Shown piece by piece: positions 52,961 through 64,000 of a DNA stretch of 64,000 nucleotides. Every line of letters begins with the position of its first letter. Within the stretch, counting starts at the first letter, position 1. The notes under the pieces were generated by a model that saw nothing but the letters and a program-made list of their open reading frames with translations, ran no database searches and was not told the DNA's origin. This DNA is from Lama glama (lineage: Eukaryota), in the NCBI GenBank assembly GCA_028534125.1, contig CM052817.1, positions 62,994,001-63,058,000 on the forward strand, given 5' to 3'. Position numbers and translations under genes: made by a program.

Positions 52961-53684
52961 TGTGGTGGACAAAATTTAGGATGATCTGTTTTTATACTCT
53001 GTATAATCCTCTAATCTTGAATGTGGACTGGATCTGGGATTTGCTTGATACCAATAAAACATGGCAAAGGTGCAGAGATACCACTCCATGATTACAATTA
53101 CATTCATATGTATCTATATATTTATATATGTATCTATATATTATATAAATATATACAAATATATCTTATATAGATACATACATGTATATTTATACCTGTA
53201 TCTACACTATATATGTATATCTATTCCTGTATAAAAACACATCCATACATATATGTATATGCATATATATATGTATGCAAGCATGCACTTCTCTGTAAAA
53301 GTATACAAGCATGTATTTGTATGCAAGCCTATCAGAAGGACTTCTTTCTCTTCCTGGTTTTGAAGAAATAAGCTGCCACCTTGTGAGAATGCCTACACAG
53401 TGGGCCTTGTGTCCAGAAAATGCAAGCAATCTTTAAGAGCTGAAAGTAGTCCCAGGCAATGTCCATCAAGAGAGTTCTGTAACTGTAAGGATTCTAATGC
53501 TGTCAGGAACCTGAGAGAGTCTGGACGTGAATCTTTCTCCAGTCCAGCCTGTGATGAAAATGCTGTTCTGATCAACACTGGATTGTAGACTAGACTTGAC
53601 ACATGGAAACTGAGATAGTAAGTGTGTTGTTTTAAGCTGCTAAATTTGTGGTAATTCATCAGGCTGCAGTAGGAAACTTATACA
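52961..53684 (+). mobile_element. MLT1E-like MaLR solo LTR with internal TA-rich expansion (about 53105-53285)
   Basis: tgtggtggacaaaatt...gtataatcct...catggcaaaggtg...tttaagctgctaaatttgtggtaatt...aggaaacttataca. Confidence 0.85.
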
Positions 53685-54719
53685 GCAGTCAACTAGTTAA
53701 AGAATATTAATAATCAATCAATTATTTTCTTCTTGATCTACTTTGCTGGCTTTTAGTATGAATTAAACTATTTTATATACACTAATATCTTTTTTCCACT
53801 CTATTTGTTTCCATTTTAATCTGTCAACCTGTTCTGGTGGTATTTTATTCAGAAATCAGCTCCCTTCCTGTTCTAGAATTGGAAAATATTTACATGGTGA
53901 TAAGGATTTTTGTTTGTTTATTTTGATTTGGTTTCTAATATATTTATATTCATTCCTGTTGACTGTTATTTGATGATTCACAACAGCAAGTCATTAGTAT
54001 ACACATGCATTATTATCAATGAGAAAACTTATTTTGCAATTGTGTTACAAGTTAATTTTTTTAATAAAAAAGTTTTTAAGTTGAAAACTGCCTGTAGTCA
54101 AAGGAGTGATTGCCATGACGAGAAAATCTGAAAAAATTAGGTTAAAGGTTTTGGCAGCATCAAACATGAGACGTATCTGCTCAAGAGCTCTTCCCACAGA
54201 CTGATGAGATCTCTGTCCAGTATTCCTACTTTAAAACCTCATTATTATACAAATTATAATGATACTTGAATTTTTATTTCATTTTTGTTTTTAATTCATC
54301 AATTCTAATATCCTGGTTAACAGAATCTGGCAGATGTTTCTCTTTTGTTCTGTTGATTTGGCAGGTTTAACATACTCTCTCTAGAGTTCAGGTTTTTCTT
54401 TACTTTCTGGCATTTGTCCCAGTCCTTAGGGCTTTGCAATGTCCTGAGAGGTACTCCTGCCCATGCCCTCCTCCTTCCTCTTGGATCTGTCAGCCAAACC
54501 CAATCAGCAGTGAAACACTTTCCCCAGCACCAACTGATAAATCATGTGATGTGGTATAATGTGTGTTTTGTATATTTTAAATGGCACCCATAGTATTTAC
54601 CTTGGTCTACAAAATGTCAAAACCATTTTTATTGGCTATAAATTTCTCATTTTACATTTTGATCCTTGAATCCATTAAAACATTTCAAATTCAAACTTTA
54701 AGAAAATGAGGGGAATGAA

Positions 54720-54975
54720 GAAAAGTAGTCAAGAGTATAATTCCTGAAATCAGATGGCTGTGACTTTCTGGCTTCAAGTGCTTTCTCTCCTATTTACTGT
54801 TTATAGAGCTTTGGACATGAAAGTCAAGCTCTTGGAGCTCAGTTCCCATATCTCTAACATGAGCATCACAAGAGTGCTTCCTCATATGGTAGATAAAGTA
54901 AATGAATGAGGTGATACGTATTTTAGCACTTATCAAAACACCTGGTACATAATTTGTGCCCAATAAACAAATTTG
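54720..54975 (+). mobile_element. MIR
   Basis: ctcagttccc...cctcatatggt...cctggtacataa...caataaa. Confidence 0.65.
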
Positions 54976-55033
54976 TGTTCACCTATTTATTATTATTAAG
55001 ACAACTACTAACATAAGAATACATTTTCAATAT

Positions 55034-55259
55034 CAGTGGTTCTTAACCAGGGTAATTTGTCCCCCAGGGGACATTTGGCCAGGTCTGGAAAGATATTTGG
55101 ATGTCACAACAAGGTTGGTGGGTGAGCGGATTCTACTGGCATCTAGTGGGTAGTGGACACACATGAAGTTAAATACCTTGCAATGCCTGAGACAGTCTTC
55201 CTCAAGGAAAAGTCATCCATTCCCAAGATGTCAGTAGCGCAGAGGGTAAGAAAACTCTG
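55034..55259 (+). mobile_element. MER20 (hAT-Charlie)
   Basis: cagtggttcttaaccaggg...cccccaggggacatttggc...tactggcatctagtgggtag...gtaagaaaactctg. Confidence 0.9.
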
Positions 55260-56280
55260 TCATAATTTTGTTTGTTCCTAGACCTTTGTTTTCCGGCACT
55301 GATGATATTTTCATTTAAAAGATCACACTATCAAAAGCATTTTAATTTTTCTTTATGTGCTTAAAGTCATGCTTATGTTTCTGCAAGTTAATTGACTTAG
55401 AGCAAAATTAATGACTCTATTGTATAAAATATTAGGTAAAAAACAAAAAGCCATGCCTGAATAAATAACTTCTGATGCTATGATGGCTAACTCTTTTCTT
55501 ATAAAATGCATTATTCACTATTAACCAAATCATGATGCTTTTGGCCTTTACTAAGACATATTTATAAAAGAAAAATCATATTAAATATCTGCCATTTTTA
55601 GTAAGTCATTAAGAGATCTATGCAAGTATACTTAGTGTAATTAAAACACAGCAAAACGTTATGTTTAAGTAAAATAAGTTGCATAATTTTCAGAGTGAAT
55701 GTTTTCAACAATGGCATGTTAAATAGTTACAGGGTTTAGCACTTATTTTTAATCAGTACAATTAATCATCATTAGTGAACACTTTATAATGATCAATCAC
55801 ATTCCATTTTATGACCAGAGTTGATCACCAAAGATTATATTAGTAATCATCTAGGAAGATAAGAAAACAGGCTGTTAGCTCCTATTTTAAGTCACTAATA
55901 TTTTCCATTACTAACAATTATTTAAATATTTTGGATATTTTTCAGTTTGAATTAATGTTGACTGACAGAAGCAATTATAGTTAAACATAATATTCACAAG
56001 CTGAACAAATGTCCTGTGCTAATTGGTATATTGACTTGAAATTTTTAGCCTTTTTCATCTACTTAATTTTAAAGGATATATATATATCACATATACACAT
56101 ATATAAACACACATTATATACAGACAAACCTTAAAAATATAAATACATATATATGTACAAACATACATACTTTTTTCAACAGGTTTACTCAAATGTCACT
56201 TTCCTGATAGTTTTCCATACATAGTTTCCCTTAGTTTTCTTCCTTGTTCTATTTTACTCCAAGACATGAATAATTATCTA

Positions 56281-56433
56281 ATGTCTTCCCTCAGTATCTA
56301 TGGAGGATTGGTTCCAGGAACCCTTGCAGATACCAAATCAGCCAATGCTCAGGTCCTGTATACAGAATGGGATAGTACAGTTAGCTCTCCCAAACTGCAC
56401 AAGCAGAACCAACAGATATGGAGAGCAGGGTGC
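56281..56433. mobile_element. MER2-like TcMar-Tigger element
   Basis: ccctcagtatctatggaggattggttccaggaaccc...gataccaaa...atgctcaggtcc. Confidence 0.8.
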
Positions 56434-56494
56434 ATTTTACTCCTTTATATTTAATGTGAACTCTCTTTCTCTCTCTCTCTACCCACTAGCATGT

Positions 56495-56712
56495 ATGAAA
56501 ACATGGCTTTGGGGTCTGATGTGCTAGGCTGTACCTACAGCTCTGCCTGTTACTGACTGTGGGAGTTGGGGCAAATCAATAACCTTTGTGTCTCAATGTC
56601 TCTGAAAATAATAAGGCTACCTATCTCATAGAGTGTTCTGAGGTTTTAATGAGTTAATATTTTTAAAATACTTAGAACTCAGTAAACACTACATGTGTTA
56701 GCTTTAATGATT
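56495..56712 (+). mobile_element. MIR
   Basis: catggctttggggtc...ggcaaatcaataacctttgtgtctca...ctcatagagtgtt. Confidence 0.75.
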
Positions 56713-57484
56713 AATCTTCATGACGGCAAAGCTCTGTTTTCACTAATGTATCCCCAGAACCTATAACATACCTGGTACATGGCGGGTAGTCAAAGCTTCA
56801 CTTAAAAATTTAGTTTATCCTTAGCCATCAGAGGTTCTCTGATTTTCTTTTGCCACAAGCTGGTCTTCTGGAAACTATCATGTCCTCTAACTCTTCTCTC
56901 CAAAATGAGGCAAACGGGGAGTGGAGGAAAGGCAGCAACGTTTACAAATAAATTGGAAGGAAATATTTTTAAGATTGTACTTAATTTTTCCCTATTTTAC
57001 ATTTTTACTGACCATCTTGTCATTTTCATCAAAATATGGCTGAAAGGACAGTACCAAATAAAGTAAACAAAAAATACTGCAAATATAAAAAGAAGAAAAT
57101 CTTCTGTGGAGGCAAATTACAACATGTTGATTAAAAATAGCTTTCTACTTAGACAATGTGTAATGTGAAAACTAAGCTTAGGTTACACATGTAACTAATA
57201 GAAATGAAAGCTTTCTGCTTTGTAGCTGACAAGCCATCTGCTTGGGAGTGCTTGATTTATTGTTGAATCTTGTAGAGGACATAGTAAATAAAATTAAACT
57301 TATGACAAACATCAGTTGATTTTCTTCTCATTTATACTTGAGAATGAGTTTTTTTAATCATTTAAATGAATTAAATTGCTCAAATTGTGACTAAAACAAA
57401 TGTAAGCATAAACACTTTTAGATTACTTTTTTATTTTCTTTGATTTCATACATCAAATCTAGAGAGAGTGACAAGCTAAGATGT

Positions 57485-57655
57485 AGGCCTAATGCCTCAT
57501 TAGATCCTCACAAAAATAGTTGAGGTAATTTTTTATAATAACATTTTATAGTTTAAGAAATTAAAAGTCAAAAAATTAAGTAACCTGTCTTTTGTGACAG
57601 TCAACATCCAAATCCAGGTGTATGACACTGTAAAGTCCATGTTTTCCCATTATCT
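57485..57655 (-). mobile_element. MIR
   Basis: tcctcacaaaa...cattttatag...aagtaacctgtc...aaatccaggtgtatgacac. Confidence 0.65.
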
Positions 57656-57764
57656 CAAGCCTTGCTTTCACTGTTAGAACTAAGATTACATAGGTTTACC
57701 ACTACTATAGGTCTTTAGTTTAATTCTAACATTGATTTTTTGGATCAGTTTTACATAACAAATT

Positions 57765-58897
57765 TCTACTTCTATCCATGAAGGAGAAACAAGAGCAGAA
57801 CACTACACCATAAACAACTAGAAACTACAAAAAATATATGAAACTTCCTTGACACTGAACAACACGTAGTGCAGGCTTGTGACCCTTGAAAGATGGGACA
57901 TAAGTAATGTGGGACATACATTTCCTCATTTCCTTTCCTAGAGACAATTCACAGACGAGTAAGGCAAGAGAGGGAATCCAAATGGCCTTGGCATTTTGAC
58001 ATGCTGAATTGAGAAGAAAGAAATCAGATTTTTGAGGACTCTGTGCCAGCCAGAAGTGTAAGTCAGAGTTCTGGAGAGGAGGGAGATATGTTCACAAAGT
58101 TCTCTGGAAATCTGTCTAGAGATTCTCAAGTCTTTGCTGAGTACCAGGCTGTGTACACTTGGAGTAAAGCTCTAAGAGTCAGAGCAAAGAAGACCAGGGA
58201 TGTGTAAGCATAACAATTCCAAAGGCTCACACAGGGCAGGCAGACACCCACGCTGCAACCCACAACAAGTAGAGACCCTTCAGTAACTAGTGGAGATCCA
58301 AGAAAGACTGTGTCTCAGTAAGTGCTGAGGTTTCTCTGGAGTGAATATACTCTTCCATGCCTATGATTACTCATGCACTAGCAAAGCTTAAAAACAAACA
58401 AGCATAAAATTTATCCAAAAACTCAATTTTAGGGCAAAAAACTGTTAAAACACTGTCTAATAAAATTGCTCAACATCCTATTAAACTTACTGCAAAAGTC
58501 ACACAGTCAGAAGCTGTGACGCATAATTAGCATAAAACTGACTTAAAACAGACCCAGAAGTTATAGAGATGATAGAAATAAAACAAAAATGCTAAAAGAA
58601 CTATTATAATTATATGTGAGTATTTAAAATAAAATAGAAACCTAACAGATAGAAATGGAACATTTTTAAATACCAAAAGAAAATTTCTACATACAAAAAC
58701 TAGATTATCTAATATTAAATTTTTATTGGATGGGCCTAAGGGTAGATTAGATATTGCAGGGGATAAAAAGAATCAATGAACTTGCAAACACAGCAATGCA
58801 CTCTATCCAAAGCGAAGAAAAAAGAACCCCCCTACCCAAAAAAAAAGAATTGAGCTTCTGAACTTATGGAATAATTCAAAGAAGTGTAAACATGATA
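57765..58897 (+). mobile_element. Old L1 5' UTR and ORF1 start
   Basis: acttctatccatga...ccataaacaactagaaact...atatatgaaac; ORF1-like ttggatgggc...agattagatattgcag...atcaatgaacttg. Confidence 0.7.
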
Positions 58898-58899
58898 TA

Positions 58900-60466
58900 T
58901 AGTTGGCCCTTGAACCACATGGGCTTGAAGTGCGTGGGTCCACATATATGTGGATTTTTTCCAATAAATATGTTGGAAAAAAATTTGAGATTTGTGACAA
59001 TTTGAAAAAAAAAACTTGCAGATGAACTACATAGTCTAGAAATATCAAAAAATTAAGAAAAAGGTGTGTCATGAATGCATAAAATATGTAAAGACTAATG
59101 TATTTTATCATTTACTACCATAAAACACATACAAATCTATTGTATACAGTTAACATTTATCAAAATTCATGCACACAAACACTTACAGATCTTACATGGT
59201 GCCATTAGCAGTGGAGAGAAATGTAAACAAATGTATTAAATCATAAATGCATAAAGTTAACTGCGGGGCATATTGTACTATTGTAATAATTTTGTAGCCA
59301 CCTCCTGTTGCTATTTGTGGTGAGTTCAAGAGTTGTGATTATCAGCTTAAAACATCATGTAACACTGATCATCTCCATATGAGCAGTTTCTCTCTCCAGT
59401 AAATCGTGTATCACAATAAAAAGTGATCTTTCTCAGTTCTCACGTATTTTCATCATATTTAGTGCAAATATGGTAATACTGAATAACACATGGAGCCCGT
59501 ATGAAGTGCCACTAGTGATGCTGGACTTACTCCCAAGAAGCAAAGTCATGACATTAAGAAAAATGTATGTACTGTAGATTGAGGTTTGTAGCTGCCATTG
59601 CCCACCGTTTCAAGATAAATGAATCCAGCATAAGGACCATGTTAAAAAAAAAAAAAAAAAGGACATTCGTGAAGCTATAGCTGCAGCTATGCCAGCAGGC
59701 ACAAAAACCTTGTACTTTGGTGGAAATACCTTTTTAACTCATATTGAAAATACAGCCTTTATGGGGGTGTAGGATTGCTATAAGAAAAGCATATCTATAA
59801 ATTCTAATGTCATTTGAGAAAAAAACAAAGTTATTACATGACAACTTAAAGCAAAAGGAAGGTGAAGGATATAAAGCTGGAGAAGTTAATGCCAATAAAG
59901 GAGCATTTGATAATTTTAAAAAGAAGCCTGGCTTAAAAAATGTGGAGATAACAGGAGAAGCAGCTTCTGCTGACCAACAGGCAGCAGATGGGTTCTCAGA
60001 TGCCTTTTAGAAAATCATCGAGGAGAAAGGATATTTGCCCAAATAGGTTTTAAATGCAGATGGAAGTGCCCTATTTTGGAAACAAAAATACTACAAAATA
60101 CATTTATTAGTATAGAAGAGAAATAAGCACCAGGATTTAAGGCATAAAGGGATATTCAAATGCAGTCATATCAGGTTCGCCATTACGTATAAAGCTGCTA
60201 TCCCCCAAGCCCTGAGGGAAAGATACACACCAGCTGCCAGTCCTTTGGTTGTGCTACAACAAGAAGGCTTGGACAAAAACAGCACTTTTTCTGGGTTGGT
60301 GTTAGCCATGCTTTGTCCCTGAAGTCAGAAACACCTTGCCAGTAAGGAAACTGCCTTTTAAAGTTCTTTTCATATTGGTCAATGCCCCTAGCCACTGAGA
60401 ATCCCATGAGTTTAATACCAAAGATGTCAAGTGGTCTGCTTGCCCCCAAACACAATCTTTCTAATT
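58900..60466 (+). mobile_element. Tigger2 DNA transposon (left end and 5' part; right end missing)
   Basis: TA followed by tagttggcccttgaaccacatgggcttgaagtgcgtgggtccac (Tigger2/MER8-type left TIR), then transposase remnants. Confidence 0.9.
59490..60466 (+). pseudogene. Disabled Tigger2 (pogo/CENP-B family) transposase
   Basis: LHDNLKQKEGEGYKAGEVNANKGAFDNFKKKPGLKNVEITGEAASADQQAAD; LNADGSALFWK; KVLFILVNAPSH; multiple stops and frameshifts. Confidence 0.9.
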
Positions 60467-62689
60467 ACATAATGTAAATTAACCACATAACACATACAGT
60501 ATACATTTGTAATTTCTCATCATTTAAAAAAATCTTATATAATTCCTCTTGTGAGATCCAAGATGAAACAATAACTTTCCCATCTTATTACAATGGGTAA
60601 GACATTAGGAAGGAATCAGAAGACATCTGTCATTTTTAATTTCTCTAGTGAATAAGTGTCTAACTCAGGCAATATTTCCTTCTCCAAGAGAAAAATACAT
60701 TTGAAACCTAAGAAAAGACTGTATTATCTATAATTACTCTGGTGCTTGAACTAAACACTTGGCCATTTGCTTATTACTAGTTTTGTTAGGCTCTCCTCTT
60801 CTGTCCCCACCTTAAGTGCACAAACATGTCCATGAATACCTATGTATATAATGGCTTTCCTTCCTCATTTCCATACCTCATTTATAAACCAATACTGTTA
60901 TTATATCTAAAAATATTTAAAGGAAGTTCCAGAGATTGTGATTAAATACACAGTTTGACAAGTCTATTTCACTCAAATTTGAGCTCTTTATAACATGCTT
61001 TCATATAATGTATTATAATAAAGTCTAAATATCACTTGAGTCAACATTTGTTACTTTCAACAAACACATGCTGTGTGCCTGCCCTATGCAAAGTTGTGTG
61101 CTTGTCCAGCGGGAAATAAAATAATAATATATGATGCTCTGATAACAATCTGCTATAAAAAACTTGCCATTTGAGACATGAACATAGATGTTGGGGTAAA
61201 TATAAAGAACTATAAAAATATTTTTTGGAGCTTAAAAAGCAAGTTGACATATCTAATAAAATTATTTTCAAAAATCTCTTAGAAGTTTTTGAAGTTTGTA
61301 AGTTGGAAAAAGAAGGAGTTTCATTACATATCATCTAGCTTCCTAAATGTACTTTAAATGTGCTATAAATAGCCAAAGTTAAAAGATCTAATTATCCTTT
61401 TTCAGTGCCCTTTTTCTTCTCCAGGTACAATTTTTTTGAAGCACTTTATTCTCATAAGATATTTCCCTCCTATCCAAAGGTCCCTCTCAAAATTATGCTT
61501 TGATTTCCAATTATAGAAAGGTACACAAACCAAAATATACTATCCACTTACCATTAATGAAGTTATTTCTTAGAAAACTGTTTCAGAATTATGGCCTATA
61601 AACTGTTTTAAAATTGTAAAATAGAAAGTATGTTGTGTATTAAACATAAATATCCAATAATTTTCTCTCCTTTCACAGCAGTGTGTAGCAAAGCATAGCT
61701 AAGAAATAGACATATGTGACTTTAAAGGAGGAAAACAGCATCTACTGACAATAAAGAGATGAGAAAATATTTACTACAATCCAAGGATTGCTTTTTAAAG
61801 ATTTCTTGCTAAGGTAGCGATAAAATGCATTCATGGTAACTGCAATTTTCTTTACTGACTATTCATTTGGGTTAAGCATAGAATAGAAGAAAATAGAAGA
61901 AAAAAATGTCAAATGGAAGAAAAAAATTACTAAGTGAAAAATATACATCCTCTTTTAATTTAAATTTACTGCTCTAAATAATGTTGAACACTTTTGGTCT
62001 AATTTACATTGATGTTATACTTTTAGCTTCATGCTAGTGGGAAAATATCTAAAGGAAAATTGTTTATAGGTTTTCAGTTGTCTTTGTAAATAAAAAAACT
62101 AACATAGCAATTAGCTAAAGTATATCTAAATATACGTAAAATATACTGCATATATATTGTCAACTATAGGTAATATGTAATATAATATAAATATATAATA
62201 TGTATTATATTTAGTTTTGAAAGTCCCTATCTACAACTCTTGTATTAAAGACAATTTATAACCTTTTTTTCTGCATTATGTTGCATTTTGAAATCCTAGA
62301 AACAATGCTTCTCTATTTCAACTGCTAAAAGGTTTTATCTAACAGATAATAAAACATTTTCCCATGTATTTCCAGAATCATTTTAAATGATCCAGGGCTC
62401 ATGTCTTTTGATGACTTATGTTAATCTTCCAAGTGCTAATGTTGCTTTTCAGAAGAATCTATTAATAATGATGTTATATAGAAAGAATCCTTGGTATATA
62501 AATATGTAAAATCCAAGCAACATTCTTATGGACTTCATTTAATTTCCATACGTACGAGCCATGCACAGGCTTTTTTTTCTTCGTGATTGTTGGTATTGTT
62601 ATTATTATTTTCACTTGATATAGCTTTTGATTAATCAGTTAAGAGTTCGAGAGTTGAGAATGTGTCAATAGCCTAGTTCAAAATCCATC

Positions 62690-63670
62690 TCAAACTTTAA
62701 TTTCAAACCTATAGAAAGATTGAAAAAAATAGTAAAATGAACACTTTCAAACACTTCAGCCAGATTTACCAAATATTAGCCTATGCAATCTCTCTGCCCC
62801 CTGCTCTTCATATATGTGTTTATTTATATCTAATCATTTGACATTAGTTTGTAGACATCATTCCACATACTCCTAAATAATGCAATATATATTCTCCTAA
62901 AAACTAAAATACACTCCTATATAAGACCAATACCATAATTATACCCACGAAAGAAAACACTGACCCAATATGATCAGTTATAAGGATTATATAACATTTA
63001 TATTCAAAACTTCCTAATTATCCAAATGATGTTCTTGGTAACTCTTCTGTTGCTGTTTTTTATTTATTTAAATCTAGAATCCCATTGTAAATCACACATG
63101 GCATTTTATTGTTTTGCCATGTCAGTCTCCTACAGAACAGCTCCCCAGCCTCATGTTGTGTTTTATATCCTTGATATTTTGAATGGTCCAGATCAGTTGT
63201 TTTGCAGAAGACCTCTCTGATTGTCTCCACATAAACAGATTCAACTGAAGTACTTTTGGTAAGAATCCTGCAAAGTACAACCACTACATAGGCACTTACC
63301 ATTACGTCACCTCAAGGATAAACATCAGTTTATCCTATTATTGAAGATACCGAATTAGATCATGTTGGCTTCTATCAAGTCCTTCCATTAAACAGGCAAA
63401 GTTTTCCTTTTGTAATTAATAAGCAATCTCATTGTGATGGCATCCATTTAGGTTTCAGCGTCCATTAATGATACTTGTGTGAATTGAGTTTATATTGAAA
63501 GTTATAAAATGGAAAAATCTAATTTTACTATTTCTTACAAATTTATAGCTATCAAATTTTGTCAAGAAGAATGTTTCTTTATCCTTATTACCTCATTTTT
63601 TCAGTATTTTTATGGATTCATGGATTCTTTTTTATTCAAAAAAGTATGATACATTATTGTGAATATTATT
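62690..63670 (-). mobile_element. L1MC4/5-type 3' UTR
   Basis: tttcaaacctatagaaag...gtagacatca...ctcctaaata...ttttcctttgtaattaataagcaatc-like motifs. Confidence 0.7.
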
Positions 63671-63674
63671 TTTA

Positions 63675-64000
63675 ACTTTTGAATTCAAAATACTTTCAGG
63701 CTAAGAGAAAAGTTGAAAAATAATACACAGTTCACATTTGCCTTCACTATCTTCCCCTAATGTTAACAAATTCCTTAACCATAGCACATGAACAAAACTA
63801 AGAAATAAACACTGGTACAATACTTTTAACTAGAGTAGAAAGTCTATTTGGATATTCGGATTGCAGCACTTTTTCCCCCAACTAATGTCCTCTTTCTGTG
63901 ATGGGATTCAATTCAGTATTTCACACTGCAATTTGTTGTCATGTCTCTTTGGTCTTTTCCATTCTTTCCCTGTCTTTCATGACCTTAACACTTTTGAAGC
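63675..64000 (-). mobile_element. L1MC/MD-type 3' end, cut by window edge
   Basis: cttcccctaatgttaac...actggtacaatact...actaatgtcct...tttcatgaccttaacacttttgaag. Confidence 0.75.

Larger units (their letters stand above)
56180..56795 (+). mobile_element. L2 3' end interrupted by MER2-like and MIR insertions
   Basis: ctcaaatgtcactt ... cccactagcatgta ... ctaatgtatccccagaacctataacatacctggtacat. Confidence 0.6.

Noticed and set aside
59807..60010. Domesticated TIGD-like gene
   Set aside because: Numerous stops and frameshifts, a mutated catalytic motif, and it sits inside a Tigger2 element.
1..64000. CRISPR array, operon or prokaryotic defence system
   Set aside because: The sequence is mammalian repeat-rich DNA, with no regularly spaced repeats or long ORFs.

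Overview
AT-rich, gene-poor mammalian genomic DNA (intergenic or deep intronic), dominated by decayed transposable elements. A tRNA-derived SINE resembling camelid Vic-1 (46569-46661), cetartiodactyl-type L1 3' ends, and no Alu, Bov-A/tA, CHR or PRE-1 elements seen point to a camelid genome (inference). I found no credible protein-coding gene, RNA gene or CpG island. The listed ORFs are L1 or Tigger remnants or look like chance ORFs. Recognisable content: L1 fragments of several ages (some nested), L2 and MIR relics, solo LTRs (MER41-like ERV1, MER73/74-group ERVL, three MLT1), and DNA transposons (Tigger2 with a dead transposase, two MER20, MER58, MER5, MER2, ORSL, MER91). The best observations are: (1) a diverged L1 fragment, polyadenylated at a cryptic AATAAA, retroposed into another L1 with a perfect 16-bp TSD, suggesting a retrocopy or orphan transduction; (2) an MLT1F LTR with a perfect splice donor upstream of several minus-strand exon-like segments (hypothetical LTR-driven lncRNA); (3) an intact MER41-like solo LTR; (4) a dense E-box/TALE/homeobox motif cluster and other enhancer-like unique sequence. 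I cannot support a new biological system from this sequence. Repeat family names come from recalled consensus sequences, not a database search, and most boundaries are approximate.
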